A stretch of DNA of 64,000 nucleotides from Sphyrna mokarran (taxonomy: Eukaryota). The first letter of the stretch is position 1, and every line of letters begins with the position of its first letter. This document shows, in pieces, positions 11,399 to 23,479 of this stretch. The notes beneath the pieces are model-generated. The model did not search any database. It saw only the letters and a list, made by a program, of their open reading frames with translations, and had not been told where the DNA came from. Location: contig JAGIQG010000019.1 in assembly GCA_024679065.1 (NCBI GenBank), positions 22,506,001-22,570,000 of the forward strand. Reading direction: 5' to 3'. The translations under genes were made by a program, and so were the position numbers.

Positions 11399-11654
11399 CT
11401 AATGTAAATTTAGCAATCTTTGCCTACCTGATTCCAGAACATAATCAGCTACAGTTCCTCAAAGATATCGTAGGGGGCTATTCAGCTAAGTATGCAATAA
11501 TTGCAATATTTGCCTTATTAACAGGGAACAATTTATATTCCAGAGACGCATTCATCTTTGGATGATTTCTTTTAACCATAACAGTAATGATTCAAAAAAA
11601 ATACAATGTATTCAGTATATTCTACAAGCACATATGCCCAGTTCAATTGGGACA

Positions 11655-11965
11655 TTATCATGGAATCATTGAATTCTACAGTGCAGAAGGAGGCCATTCT
11701 GGCCCATTGAGTCTGCACCCACCACAATTCCACCCGGGTCCCATCCCAATAACCCATACATTTACCCTAACTAGACATTAAGGGGCAATTTAGAATGACC
11801 AATCCACCTAACCTGTATACTTTTGGACTGGGGGGGGTGGGGGGGAAACCATGCAGACGCGGGGAGAATGTGCAAACTCCACACAGCCAGTGGCCCAAGC
11901 TGGGAATTGAGTCCAGTTCCCTGGAGTTGTGAGGCAGCAGTGCTAACCCCTGTGCTACTGTGCCA
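11655..11965 (-). mobile_element. HE1-type SINE, near full length
   Basis: Tail GAATTCTACAGTGCAGAAGGAGGCCATTC through head TGTGAGGCAGCAGTGCTAACC on the + strand. Confidence 0.9.
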
Positions 11966-12889
11966 TCAATGTTTAATTAGCATGGAATATTTACATTAAG
12001 AATGCAGAGCAATGGTAGGCATTGTAGTGAGGTGCTTTGATTATTTTCAATACCATCTATTCACTCTCAATTATGTCAGGTTGTAATGGAGTTAGCTATA
12101 ATTAAAATTTAATTACTTTTATACTTGCAGGTGTTTTATTTATCTGTTGTAATCTTTTAGCTGGAATGGTAAAAGGCAGATATTCTCGTCATTTACATCC
12201 CCAGTGCTTTCAAATCTGTCTTTCTAACCCAATTCATATTCATAGATTAGATCCCCTCATCACTGGTAGCTCTAACCCTCCTGGGGGGAATTGGAACGGT
12301 TTCTATTTTCTCCTACTGGGTGCAGATGACATTACAATATTCATGTTGAGGTTGTCCTGTCTGATACCAGTTGGATATGCAATTCTATCCTCCATGATAA
12401 ATATTGTATATCTGCCCAGGAAGTGAACATTTAGGATAGTTTGCTGTTGGAATGCAATGCACTGCAGTTTCACCTCACTGGAGTAATAAGAGAATTGATT
12501 TTTTAGCCTTCATATTGATACATGGCATCTCTGCTTAAATCAGAATATTGTGTTTACTTGTTTTCATGTGTTGTGCCAATGAGTGTCATAACAATGGCAT
12601 TTCTTTCTGATCTTAAGTTAAGCCAGATCTGAGTGAACCTAACAAAAATGCAGATAAATACAGCATGTAACCATTTGGGAATAATAGTGTGGCTAAATAG
12701 ATCCACCCCCGACTAATTGGCTTAATTGCTATTGTGACTCTGCGAGACTTTAGGATGTTACTAACTTGTTAAATATATGCAGTGAGATGTGAATCAGCCA
12801 AACTATACTTTTACACTCAGATGAACGTTGTCCCTATGGTATGAGGTTAATATTAAAATTGCTACCAGGTGAATCACCTCTGCTTTATT

Positions 12890-13200
12890 CATAGAATCCT
12901 TATAGTGCAGGAGGAGACCGTTCGGCCCATCGAACCTGCACCGCCAATCCCTCAGGATGTCTTCCCATAACCCCATTAGTCCCACTGACACTAAAGGGCA
13001 ATTTAGCATGGCCAATAAATCTAACCTGCACATCTTTAGAATGTGGGAAGAAACTGGACCACCCAGAGGAAACCCACGCAAACACAAGGAGAACATGCAA
13101 ATTCCACACGTTCACCCAAGGTCAGAATCAAATCCAATTCCCTGGCACTGTGAAGCAGCAGTACTAATAACTGTGTCATCATGCCGTCCCAATCACTGTG
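12890..13200 (-). mobile_element. HE1-type SINE, near full length
   Basis: CATAGAATCCTTATAGTGCAGGAGGAGACCGTTCGGCCCATCG tail plus core and head. Confidence 0.9.
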
Positions 13201-13409
13201 CTCTCCCGTGTTTATTACACAGACATACACCTTAAATACCTGGTCATCTAAATTACATCCCGAAGTATCTGGAATGTGTCGATAATTTTTATTTGATAAG
13301 GTCAGTATGAAGAGCTCACTTCATTCATCTGCCATTTTCTCCCCATAATATTTCTACCCAACCTATTTTCTTATAATTTAAACTTATCTGTTATATTACG
13401 TAGAATATT

Positions 13410-13720
13410 ACATAGAATCACGACAGTGCAGAAGGAGGCCATTCAGCCCATTGGGTCTACACTAACAATAATCCCACCCAGGCCTTACACCATTATCCCA
13501 TGTATTTTTTCTGCAATACATCTGACACTGAAGAGCAATTTATCATGGCCAATCTGCTGAATGTGCTCATCTTTGGGCTGTGGGAGAAAACTGGAGCACC
13601 CGGACAAAACCTGCGCAGACAAGGGGTGAATGTGCATGCTCCACACTGACAGTGATCCAAATTGGAATTGAATCTGTGTCCCTGGCATCATGAGACAGCA
13701 GTGATAACTACTGTGCCACA
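13410..13720 (-). mobile_element. HE1-type SINE, near full length
   Basis: Same tail, core and head organisation as the other copies. Confidence 0.9.
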
Positions 13721-14014
13721 TATATCATGGCCAAAGAAACTAGCAAGGTTGGAGATGCAAAGATCATATAAAACTGAAGGCGCGATTTCATTATTGATTG
13801 ATGCTTCCATTTTCTACCTACAGCTACTCAAACTGACAGCAGGGTGCTGGTGGGGAGGAACCAGAATGCCACAACCTTTGAACCGTGCAAATGGTTCCCA
13901 GCAATCAGCAGGGAATAAGGGCAGCAATCACGATGGGGAGAAGTTGGGTCAGAGATTGGGGCCATGATTGTCAGTGAAAAGAGATGTCAGGCTCCCGGAA
14001 TGGGGCCAAAAATA

Positions 14015-14597
14015 AAAAAAAAGGATGGACAATCTCAGCAGGTGTGACAGCCTCTGTGGGCAGACAATAGAGCCAACGTTTTTTTCTCTGGATCATCATT
14101 TGTCAGAGCTGAAGGCAGTAGAATAGAGGATGATACTTGTACAGTTAGGACGAGGAGATGGGGGAACATTCACAAAAATGTCATAGATAAAAAGACAAAG
14201 GGAATGTAAATGGTGGTGATCATGGCTAGGAAGGGCACTAATAGCAACACATAAAGAGATCAGAATGTGTAAATGGCAAAACAGGGGTGAGCTGAGTGTC
14301 AAAGTACAACTAGACATGTAATAGAAAGCTCTAGAGGAGTGGAGGCAGAGGAGACAGTGATACGGGGAGAGAACTGAAAGCAAGATGTTTTTAAAAAGTG
14401 GAAAAAATAAAATGATGGAAGAAATGAAGATAAATAAATAGAGGATTAAATGACATAAAATCTATTAAAAGGAAATGGGGTGAAGGTGGAGAAGAGAATT
14501 CATGCTCTAAAGTTGTTGAACTTTAATATTAAAACTGGAAGGCTGTAAACTACCCAATCGGAAGGTGAAGTGTTATTCCTCCAGTTTGCATTGGCAT
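14015..14597 (-). mobile_element. Penelope-like element 3' fragment (end of GIY-YIG ORF plus terminal repeat)
   Basis: 14595-14508 on the minus strand reads QCKLEE*HFTFRLGSLQPS..NI.FNNF, like the vertebrate PLE C-terminus RKLEEQHLIFRLGTLQP.GLNI.F.NF. Downstream is a degenerate hammerhead CTGACAA...AAACGTT. Confidence 0.8.
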
Positions 14598-15017
14598 CTC
14601 AACCAAACTGACTTGACTACGTGGGCCTCCCCCACTGCAGATCTAACATGACCTGACATCTTCCGCCCTGGACCTGGCCAGATCCATCCCAGTACAACCA
14701 CATTTCCCCCACAGAGGCCTTATTACCCCGCTCCTAAAGTCCAACCACCCTACCCTGAGCTCCACGGCCCCCAGTCAGTCCAACCCTATACTCCTCCTAC
14801 CCTTCCACAGATTCCTCCTCCTTCAACTCATCCCCAAGCTCTGACTCCCTCACACCTCAAATCCTATCCATTTAACTTAGACTCTTACCTTCTCCCTGGC
14901 CCATCAATTTTAATGGGACCTTTGTTTTATGTGGCAAAAAGTAATGCTGTAAAAATAGCACATCCTTCTTCAATCCAACAGAACTGAACTCTCAAGCTCA
15001 GCCTCGGCGACAAACTT

Positions 15018-15330
15018 TTTTTTAAGTTCATTTGTTGGACGTGGGTGTCGTTGGTTGGCCAATATTTATTACCCATTTCTAGTTGCCTTTGCAGAGCAAT
15101 TGAGATTCAATCACATTACTGTGGATCTGGGATCACATGTAGGCTGGGTAATGATGGCCGATTTCCTTCCCTAAAGGACATTAGCGAACCAGATGGACTT
15201 TGCCAAAGATCAATAAGATTTTCATGGTCATTAGTCAATTCTTAATTCCAGATTTTTTTTATTGAAATCAAATTCCACAATCTGCTATGGCAGGATTTGA
15301 ACCAGGGTCCCCAGAATATTAGCTGAGTAT
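15018..15330 (-). mobile_element. Second shark tRNA-type SINE family
   Basis: Reverse complement has CTGGGGACCCTGGTTCAAATCC (B-box), CATCTGGTTCGCTAATGTCCTTTAGGGAAGGAAAT, and a tail shared with the LINE end at ~40290-40360. Confidence 0.7.
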
Positions 15331-15562
15331 TGGCAGGGATGAAATTCCACAAAGATATTTGGGAACAGAGTGGCATTCTGACATCCATCCAAGGAGGTTA
15401 TAGCCCATTAACTTGGTATCCCTTTGTACAGACCTACTGAATTCTATGTTTTTTAATTTTTTTTATTTCAGATTTCCAGCACCTGCAGTATTTTAATTTT
15501 ATTGTACGGATGTGTTCACAGTGGACTGTGGGCAGATTTCAAAACTTACTCTTCTGCGCCAA

Positions 15563-16745
15563 ACCAAAAGAGGAAATGCTAGGACATCTGACAGCATCTG
15601 TAAAGAGAGAAAAGAGCTGACATTTTGAGTCCAGATGACAAGGCTCTGACAAAACTTTAGCAAAGGATCATTATTTGTCATTTATATTGATGATTTGGAT
15701 GACAATATAGGAGGCATGTTTAGTAAATTTGTAGATGACACCAAGATTGGTGGCATAGTGGACAGTGAAAAAAGTATTGTGGACAAGTGCAATGGGATCT
15801 TGATCAATTGAGCCAGTGGACTGACGAATGGTAGATGGAGTTCAATTTAGATAAATGCAAGGTGATGTATTTTGGTAGATTGAATCAGGGCAGAACTTAC
15901 TTAGTTAATAGTAGGGTGTTAAGGAGAGTTACAGAACAAAGAGATCAAGAAGTACATGATCATAGCTCCTTGGAAGTGGAGTCACAGGTAGACATAGTGG
16001 TGAAGAAAGCATTCAGCATGCGTTGTTTCATCGGTCAGAACACTGAATCCAGGAGTTGGGATGTCTTGTTGAAATTGTACAAGACATTGGTAAGGCATCA
16101 CTTGGAGTACCGTGTATAGTTCTGGTCCCCTATTATAGAAAGGATATTATTAAACTAGAAAGAGTGCAAAAAAGATTTACTAGGATGCGACTGGGACTTG
16201 ATGGTTTGAGTTATAAGGAGAGGCTGGAAAGACTGGGGCGTTTTTCTCTGGAGCATAGAAGACTGAGGGATGATCTTACGGTGCTCTATAAAATAACGAG
16301 GGACATAAATCAGTTAGATCGTCAATAACTTTTCCCAAAGGTTATGGGAGACTGAAACTAGAGGGCATGGGTTTAAGGTGAGAGGGGAGAGATACAAAAG
16401 TCTCCAGATGTGCAATCTTTTTCACACAGAGGGTGGTGAGTGTCTGGAACAAGCAGCCAGAGAAAGCAGTAGAGGCAGGTACAATTTTGTCTTTTAAAAA
16501 GCATTTAGACAGTTACATGGGTAAAATGGGAATAGAGAGATATGGGCCAAATGCAAGCAATTGGGATTAGCTTAGGAGTTTCCAAAAATAGGCAGCATGG
16601 GCAAATTGGGCAGAAGGATCTGATTCCGTACTATGAACCTTAATGACTCTAAGAGTCAGCTTTTTTCTCTCTTTACAGACCTGCTGAGATTTTCCAGCAT
16701 TTTCTCTTTTGGTTTCAGATTCTAGCATCCGCAGTAATTTGCTTT
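15563..16745. mobile_element. PLE fold-back element split by a CR1 insertion
   Basis: Left arm 15563-15650 and right arm 16655-16745 are inverted copies of the 6473 family. Flanked by TACTCTTCTGCGCCAA / TACCCTTCTACGCCAA. Confidence 0.75.
15655..16654 (+). mobile_element. CR1/HER1-type LINE, 5'-truncated (~1 kb), RT C-terminus plus 3' UTR
   Basis: LFVIYIDDLD...KFVDDTKIGG...MEFNLDKCKVMYFGR...LKLYKTLVRHHLEY...KDIIKLERVQKRFTRM, with stops and frameshifts. Confidence 0.92.
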
Positions 16746-17449
16746 TACCCTTCTACGCCAACCCTCTCGTACCCGTTCTGGGTGTTAAAACTCCCCTCAC
16801 ACCATTCAAGCTGCACGTTAATACTTAATCCAGACTTGCATCCTATTTCTTTGATATGGCGATGTGCAGAACAATTTTTGAAAAGGCACTGGTATATTAA
16901 ATACTGCAAATTAATTTATTGATTTTGATCACACAAACCATAGGATTAAAGTTCAAACAGTGTATGGATGTGTCAGCTGAACTCTGAGATGGGAAAACTG
17001 TCCTGTAATTTATTTGTGCCCTTATATTATTACTATTTAGAGGATTGTAAATTTTTGACAAATTGTCCTGAGAGTGGTCAGCTCATTTGATATTTTGGGT
17101 ACCTTAATTAAAGGTATTGATTGTGTGTCAGACCTTCAAGAACATAACTTTTGTGTTGTAGGACCTTAGAGGACATGCACTTTCAAAGGAAATTAGTGCT
17201 TTTTCAATATTGTCTTGTCAATGTACCTCATATATTACACTGACATTGCTCATTTTAGACGTCACTCACAAATTTTACACAGAACCATATATCTTACTGA
17301 CCAGGTTGTAAAGTTTTAATGCACCTGTGGCTTATGCACTCCCCTCTACTAAACCAATATGAAAGTACAAGACAGAAAAAAAGAATGAATAACCCCTCTT
17401 CTTTATCATCAAGGGATCTTAAGGGGTTTCCCAACCTGTGAGGTATTTG

Positions 17450-17740
17450 AAGTTTATTTAATCATGTTATAAGTAGGCTTACATTAACATTGCAATTAAG
17501 GTAATGTGAAAAATCCCCTAGTTACCTCCCTCCTGCACCTATTTGAGTACACTGAGGGAGAAATTAGCATGACCAATCTAAACCTAACTAGCATGTTTTT
17601 TGGAATGTGGAAGGAAATTGGAATGCTTGGAAGAAACCCACACAGACATGGGGAGGATGGGCAGACTCCACACAGACAATGACCCAAGCCAGGCTCTTTG
17701 ACACTGCGAGACAGCAGCGCTAACCATTGTGCCACCACAT
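17450..17740 (-). mobile_element. HE1-head SINE with an alternative 3' tail
   Basis: Head and core as HE1. The tail on the minus strand reads CAGTGTACTCAAATAGG...CTAGGGGATTTTTCAC...GCAATGTTAATGTAAGCCTACTT. Confidence 0.8.
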
Positions 17741-18944
17741 TGCTTTGAAGTGTAGCCATGTTGTTACATTAGCAAGTGTTACAGCCAGTTTTCCCATATA
17801 TTTACTTCAATAGACACCAATAGATAAATAGGTTTCCATTCAGCTGGGCAGTTGGATATGTCAACACCAACAACTGGTTTTGTCTCAACTGAGGTAACAT
17901 ATGAACAAAGTGCAAGTGATAAGCCAGTTGAAAATTATATCATGCATATGCACCATAACCACTGCCATTTTTACTCAAAGATAGCTCCTTTTTTAAAACT
18001 TATCTTGCATTTGGCGATTTTTTTATTCTAGATAAAACAAAGTACCAATGTCAGACACCAAATCAAAATTAACCTGTGCAATTTTCCATCAAAGTCAAAA
18101 AAGAATTTTATAGTTGTGAATACATCTATAAAGCTAACACTTCACAACTGTGAAGTTCACATGTATTTGGCTCGTTGATCATATTAAATGAATAATCTGC
18201 TGTCTACTATTATCCCTCTCTGCCACAAGTTAGTGGCGGGTTTTATTTTCTGTGAAATTGCCTAAGAATTAAACATAATGTGATCTCCCCCTTATTTCCA
18301 GAAGCTATGAAGAGAATGCATTATTTTCTGGTGGTATCTTTTCCACAACAACACAACGTGTGACTAATGGCAGAAAGTTATCTCTACTGTGCGCCATTAA
18401 GAAGCCAATAAGCTCTTTGTAGATCTATTACTGCTCACTGCTGAGTAATAGTGAGTTTGACTGTATTGAGTTTTGTTATCCAAGCATCGTGTACAAAAGC
18501 AGTTAACTTCTGTGCCCAGAAAATTATTGGAAGTGGAATGTGGATGGTTGACTGTTATAGAAAATTTTCTTGGATCAACTGGCAAAACTCAATTCCAGTC
18601 ATTCTGCCAAACCTGAACTCCTCATGTATTGTGCTGATCTGTTCTGCCAAGGAACTCATACTAAACTCTCTCTGTTTTATCTCTACTAGTCCATCTAAGT
18701 GAGGATGCCACTCATGGCAGGAAACTGCGAGTGGAATATTTTAGTGTTGGCAGCTGTTCCGCTGATCTACTCCACTGTCCTGGCTGACCACGAGACTCCC
18801 CCACTCTTATTGCTTGCCAGGGGGAACTGAAAAGGTTTACAGGTTGATAATTAACTTGTTTCATCTAGTTATTAAGACACCTTCCATGGCCAACAAATTC
18901 CATTGTGGGAGTCAGGCCCAAGCTTCTGCTTCATAGGCAGAAAC

Positions 18945-19255
18945 ACAATGATACACACTGCTGCTTTTCCACTTGGGTTCGATTCCAGCTTTGAGTGACT
19001 GTATAGAATTTGCATGTTCACCGTGTCTGCATGGGATTCCTGTTGGTGTTCCATTTTCCTGCTACAGATGCCCAAAGATGTGCAATTTAGGTGGATTGCC
19101 CCTTAGTGTCTCAAGATAATGTAGATTAGGGGGATTAGTGGGATAAATACATGGGGCTACAGGGATAGGACCTGGGGAAGATGCTTTGAGGGAGAGTCGG
19201 TGCAGACTCATTGTGTTGAATGGCCTCCTTCTGCACTGGAGCGAGTCTATGATGA
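18945..19255 (+). mobile_element. HE1-type SINE
   Basis: GGGTTCGATTCCAGC B-box, core, and tail GAATGGCCTCCTTCTGCACTG. Confidence 0.85.
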
Positions 19256-20588
19256 TACTACTCACTGCACCTCAAGATCTCCTTTCATTCTGAACTCAAT
19301 CTATTACACAATGCCTTCTTCTTTAGCTCTGGATCATTCTACGTTCTTTCCAATATTGTAGACATCTGGAACTGGCTACCGCAAATGCTGAGGTAGAAAA
19401 GTCTTCCAAATGATTGTTATGTGAATACTGTGGTGGTACTCAATTAGCTGTAAGCTCACTTGGTCAGGTCTGGAGTAAATATTTCTTGAAACTTCCATTA
19501 TTGAGTAATTATGAGATAAGTTTTCGAGAGCAACCTTTAGAAGGTTAATTGTACTTTATCCTAGCATTTCAGAAACATTCATTAATCTATCTTTAAGAGG
19601 AATGGGAATTCTCAAAGCAACATTGAATCTGGACTGGAAGTTGATTAGAAACTTTTAACTACATGTTTGACTCTGTTCTCATGTCACAAATTGGACTAAA
19701 ATGCTGAAAGTCAGGATTATCAGCCCCTGGACTCTCTTCCTGAAAAATGGGACTCCAGTTAGACACATCAGTGTCACACGATGACCTTTTCGTTTTACAG
19801 TGTGAAACAAGTTCTTAATAATAATCAACTTGACAATTGTAAGGTGCAATGAGAATAAAAAAGACAGGTGTATGTGGATGGCCACTCAATTCTCCTTATG
19901 TAAGGCTTATGTGTTTGCTAATGGGCTCTGCTGTGACAATTAACTTGCGCCATCAAATACTACTTTGTAAAGCTAACTTCATTTGTCAAGGTTAACAGCT
20001 CCAAAGAGACATCTACAAAATGAGCAATGCTATAGGTTTGCAATCACTTATTTCCACATCTCTAGTGATTTTCATTGTCTAGACTTGCTTCAGAGCTTTG
20101 ACCTCTTCAGTGTAAGAGTCAACAATTTAAACTCGCTCTTTAAAGAGGTGTTTGAGGCAATATTGAAGTCAACTTTATTTGTAATAAGCATCTTAATAAT
20201 GGCTCCAGTTTGAGAATTGTGCTGGATGTTTTATGCCAGAAAGGCAGTCATTGAAGCGAAGTAGTGTTGTCTCTCTTTACTCACACTTCCATTTATTTGC
20301 AAAAAGTGACACATTTGACAAGATTCCCCAGCCTCCCAGCTATTTTTTTTTACCTCCACCAGCAGGAGGTGACGTGTTGTTTGTTAGTGGTGGGCTTCTC
20401 TGGTCCCACTGCTGACAGTGGGAATTCCCACACTGGCCGGAAACCGTGGAGAGGATGTGCTGCTGATGTGATGGACAATCCCGCTGGTGTGAATGGCCGA
20501 AGAATTCTGGCCGCTATGTTCACACATCTCCTAATTTAATCACATCGTAGTTTCAGTAAGTACCTTTCCATTGTTTCAGAGAAACCCA

Positions 20589-21149
20589 GGGGGCGATTCT
20601 CCAACAATGCAGAATTGGCAAAAAAAACTGCTCTAGATCATGACTATTTCTTTCAGTGCAACTTCAGACCCGAATCTCCTCACTCTGTGCACTGCAGAGG
20701 TCACAATCATAAATCTCATTAAAAACCCTGGGAAGTCGGGGGATGGGGTCTATTCACGCCAAAGAGCTCAAAATCAATAAGATGAGCAGGAACCTGGCAT
20801 GCGCACATCTCTGGGAAATTGCGAAAAAGACCTCAGAGCATCCAGATCACTGCTATCCAACCACCACACACATCACTGGCCTCCACAACCCCCCTCATAT
20901 GCATTGCTGCCCCCCCCCCAAAAAAAAAAATATATTGCTGGCCTGCACAACACGTCCACAGACATTGCTGGCTCCCTTCCTGCAGACAGACGTGGCTGCC
21001 CCTACAACCGCGCACGCCCCCCCCCCCCCCCCCCACCCCCCCCACACACACACACACCACACACACACACACACACGGCTGCCCCCAACCTACATACAGA
21101 CATGGCTGCCCCTCCACACACACACACACACACAACACACACACACACA

Positions 21150-21180
<31 letters not shown>

Positions 21181-22710
21181 CAACCACACACACACACACA
21201 CCCTGCTCACCCCATGCCTTTATGGATCCAGGTAATGCAGATAGTAATCCCTCCATATTTTGAACGTACTGTCCTCATTACTGCCCTGCAGAGAACTTGC
21301 GTTGTGCTAATATGCAGAACCCCAGTTTGCCGTCATTCCCTCTCTCGAGTGGGAATATTGCACCCCTTCTGGACACAGCAGCTTATCGATTAGGCAACCA
21401 ATCAGTACTCCAGGGGATGAATGACACTCAATTGAAAGCAGCTTTCAAAATTTCTCACAAGGATGTATTGCCAATGGGACTGGCAAAACTCACTGCACCT
21501 GCATCCCCTAATAATCCAGAGTTATATATAAGCTGCAGGAATGGACACCCAGCCAGTCACACCACAAAAATGTCTGCACACAAACCTGTACCCAGATTGA
21601 CAGAGACTGACCAGGAGCACCTGCCAGATGCTGTGGAGGAGAGACACCCCAATCTGCCATGACATGATGGGAGGAGGTGGCAGAAGCGGTGAATGCCAGG
21701 AACCTGATCCTGCGCTCTGGCCTGCAGTGTCGGAAAAAAAATGAACGACAATCTTCGAGCAGCAAGAGTGAGTGAGCATCCCACTTGGAACCCTGCAAAT
21801 GCTTGGCATCTATCTCAAATTATGCTCAGGCACCATAAGGGCATGTAATAAGTTACCCTTCCTCCAGGAATAGAATCTAATCCCTTCCCTCCGTTACAGG
21901 CATGTGTTGCTGGTCCGTGTCACAGGGCAGGGGCAGAATGCAAAACAGCACCAGATGTGTGTGCCCAGTGACGACAGATTCCACGCAGTTCATGTGTGAA
22001 CCTCTGCACCCCGGCCTGGAACAGCCACTGCTTCATCTGGTTGGGCCTCAGTCAGCACATGGTGCACTCCTTCCCCAATCCGGGACACCAGCACTCAGTC
22101 GAGTCCCCGACCACACTTCCCAACAAGATAATGCTACTGCAAAGTGTCCTGGAGGACACCCTCCATCACCCTACCCTCCACCCATCCCCACTCCAGATAT
22201 CAGTGGTCCATGGTTCCAGCGCCTGTAGACAGCAGGAGGAAAACACCAGGCATCTCCAGGACCTGCCTGCAGCACTACCTCCCCCTCCGCCCCCGAGCTC
22301 CGCTAACAGCACTTACTGCCTCATGCCAGTTCATGTCTGCCACACCAGGTTCAGACTTTTATATACTTACTCTGATTCGAGCCAAAGTAACATCCCGCCA
22401 AAGAGGTGGCAGATGCAAAAGTGGGCTGAGATTGCCATGTCGATCCCGAGAATGGCATAATGAGATATGGTAGGTGATACAAATCAGCAGCATGGTGGTT
22501 TTCAGCAACGTTCCGGCAGCGCTATTTTTTTTCCGGTTGGGAGATGCGCCCAGGTCATAAACGCTCACAGGGAACCCACGAAATGGCTGACATGCACATC
22601 CCCTGATCTGACCCGACCCAGCAGAAAATTTGTGGGTCACGATGGGAGAGTCACCCCTCCAGTTACTACCTATAATCTGCATACAATTAATATTCAATTA
22701 ACATTGGATA
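20589..22710 (+). mobile_element. Harbinger-type transposon remnant with Myb/SANT-like ORF fragment
   Basis: Left end GGGGCGATTCTCC. 21570-21768 gives MSAHKPVPRLTETDQEHLPDAVEERH..(frameshift)..WEEVAEAVNARNLILRSGLQCRKKMNDNLRAAR, followed by a GTGAGT donor. Confidence 0.78.
21015..21201. repeat. Poly-C plus compound (CA)n microsatellite inside tandem subrepeats
   Basis: C-run followed by interrupted (CA)n tracts separated by (C/T)GGCTGCCCC units. Confidence 0.95.
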
Positions 22711-23479
22711 CCAATGCACATTTTATATTCTAGATAGGTCACTCTTTTCCAACTAACTCTGTGAGATATGATTGAGTCATTCAGGAGCATCCTAGATGGT
22801 ATGAGTTCATCTTTCCACCTCCACATTATCTCCCTCAGCTCAGCAATATTCCTCAGCTATTATCTTCCATTCTTGGCTTGAATCTGATTTGAACAAACTT
22901 AGCCTGTCTTCCAAGACTACTTCACTGTTCTCTCCTAGCTCCCCCACTTCTTCCTCCTTCGGAGCAAACAACTGATCCATCTTTGCCATCTTAGTACCCA
23001 AGAAGGAGTCTCATTGGGAACTAACTGCATTAAAACCTTTCTTACTCTGCCCACCACCACGCTGAATTACATTGAAAATTAGCGTGTGCTGTCCCTCTGA
23101 CAGTCACCTTTGGAGAGGCTGTATGTTCGCAAGCAGTCCTTTACTTGCCATTGGTAATTATATTGACTGCTGTGTTGATGCATTGTGGCTTTTGGATGTT
23201 GACACCTTTTCCAGAGTCCACATCACCATAGACTAGATTTCTGACCAATCATCCCATCTCAAGACTAGTCCATCTGCCACCCAACTAAGCTGCCATCCTA
23301 CCCACTCACCTCAGCTTATCACCTTACCCTGTTACACACTTAAACAATCACCCATTCACTCTACACTCGTTCAATAACATGCTAAAGTGCTATTTAAATG
23401 TCTCAAAGACTTTCAGTGTATTAGTGAACATCTACCAGGATACAGCAGCTAATATAGTAAAAAGGAGATCACACGCACG

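Noticed and set aside
12166-12426. 86-aa ORF in unique sequence
   Set aside because: No recognisable domain, and alternative frames on both strands are interrupted. No support for coding.
20743-21393. Longest ORF (216 aa) and overlapping His/Thr- or Cys/Val-rich ORFs
   Set aside because: They are open only because they cross the poly-C/(CA)n microsatellite inside a transposon relic.
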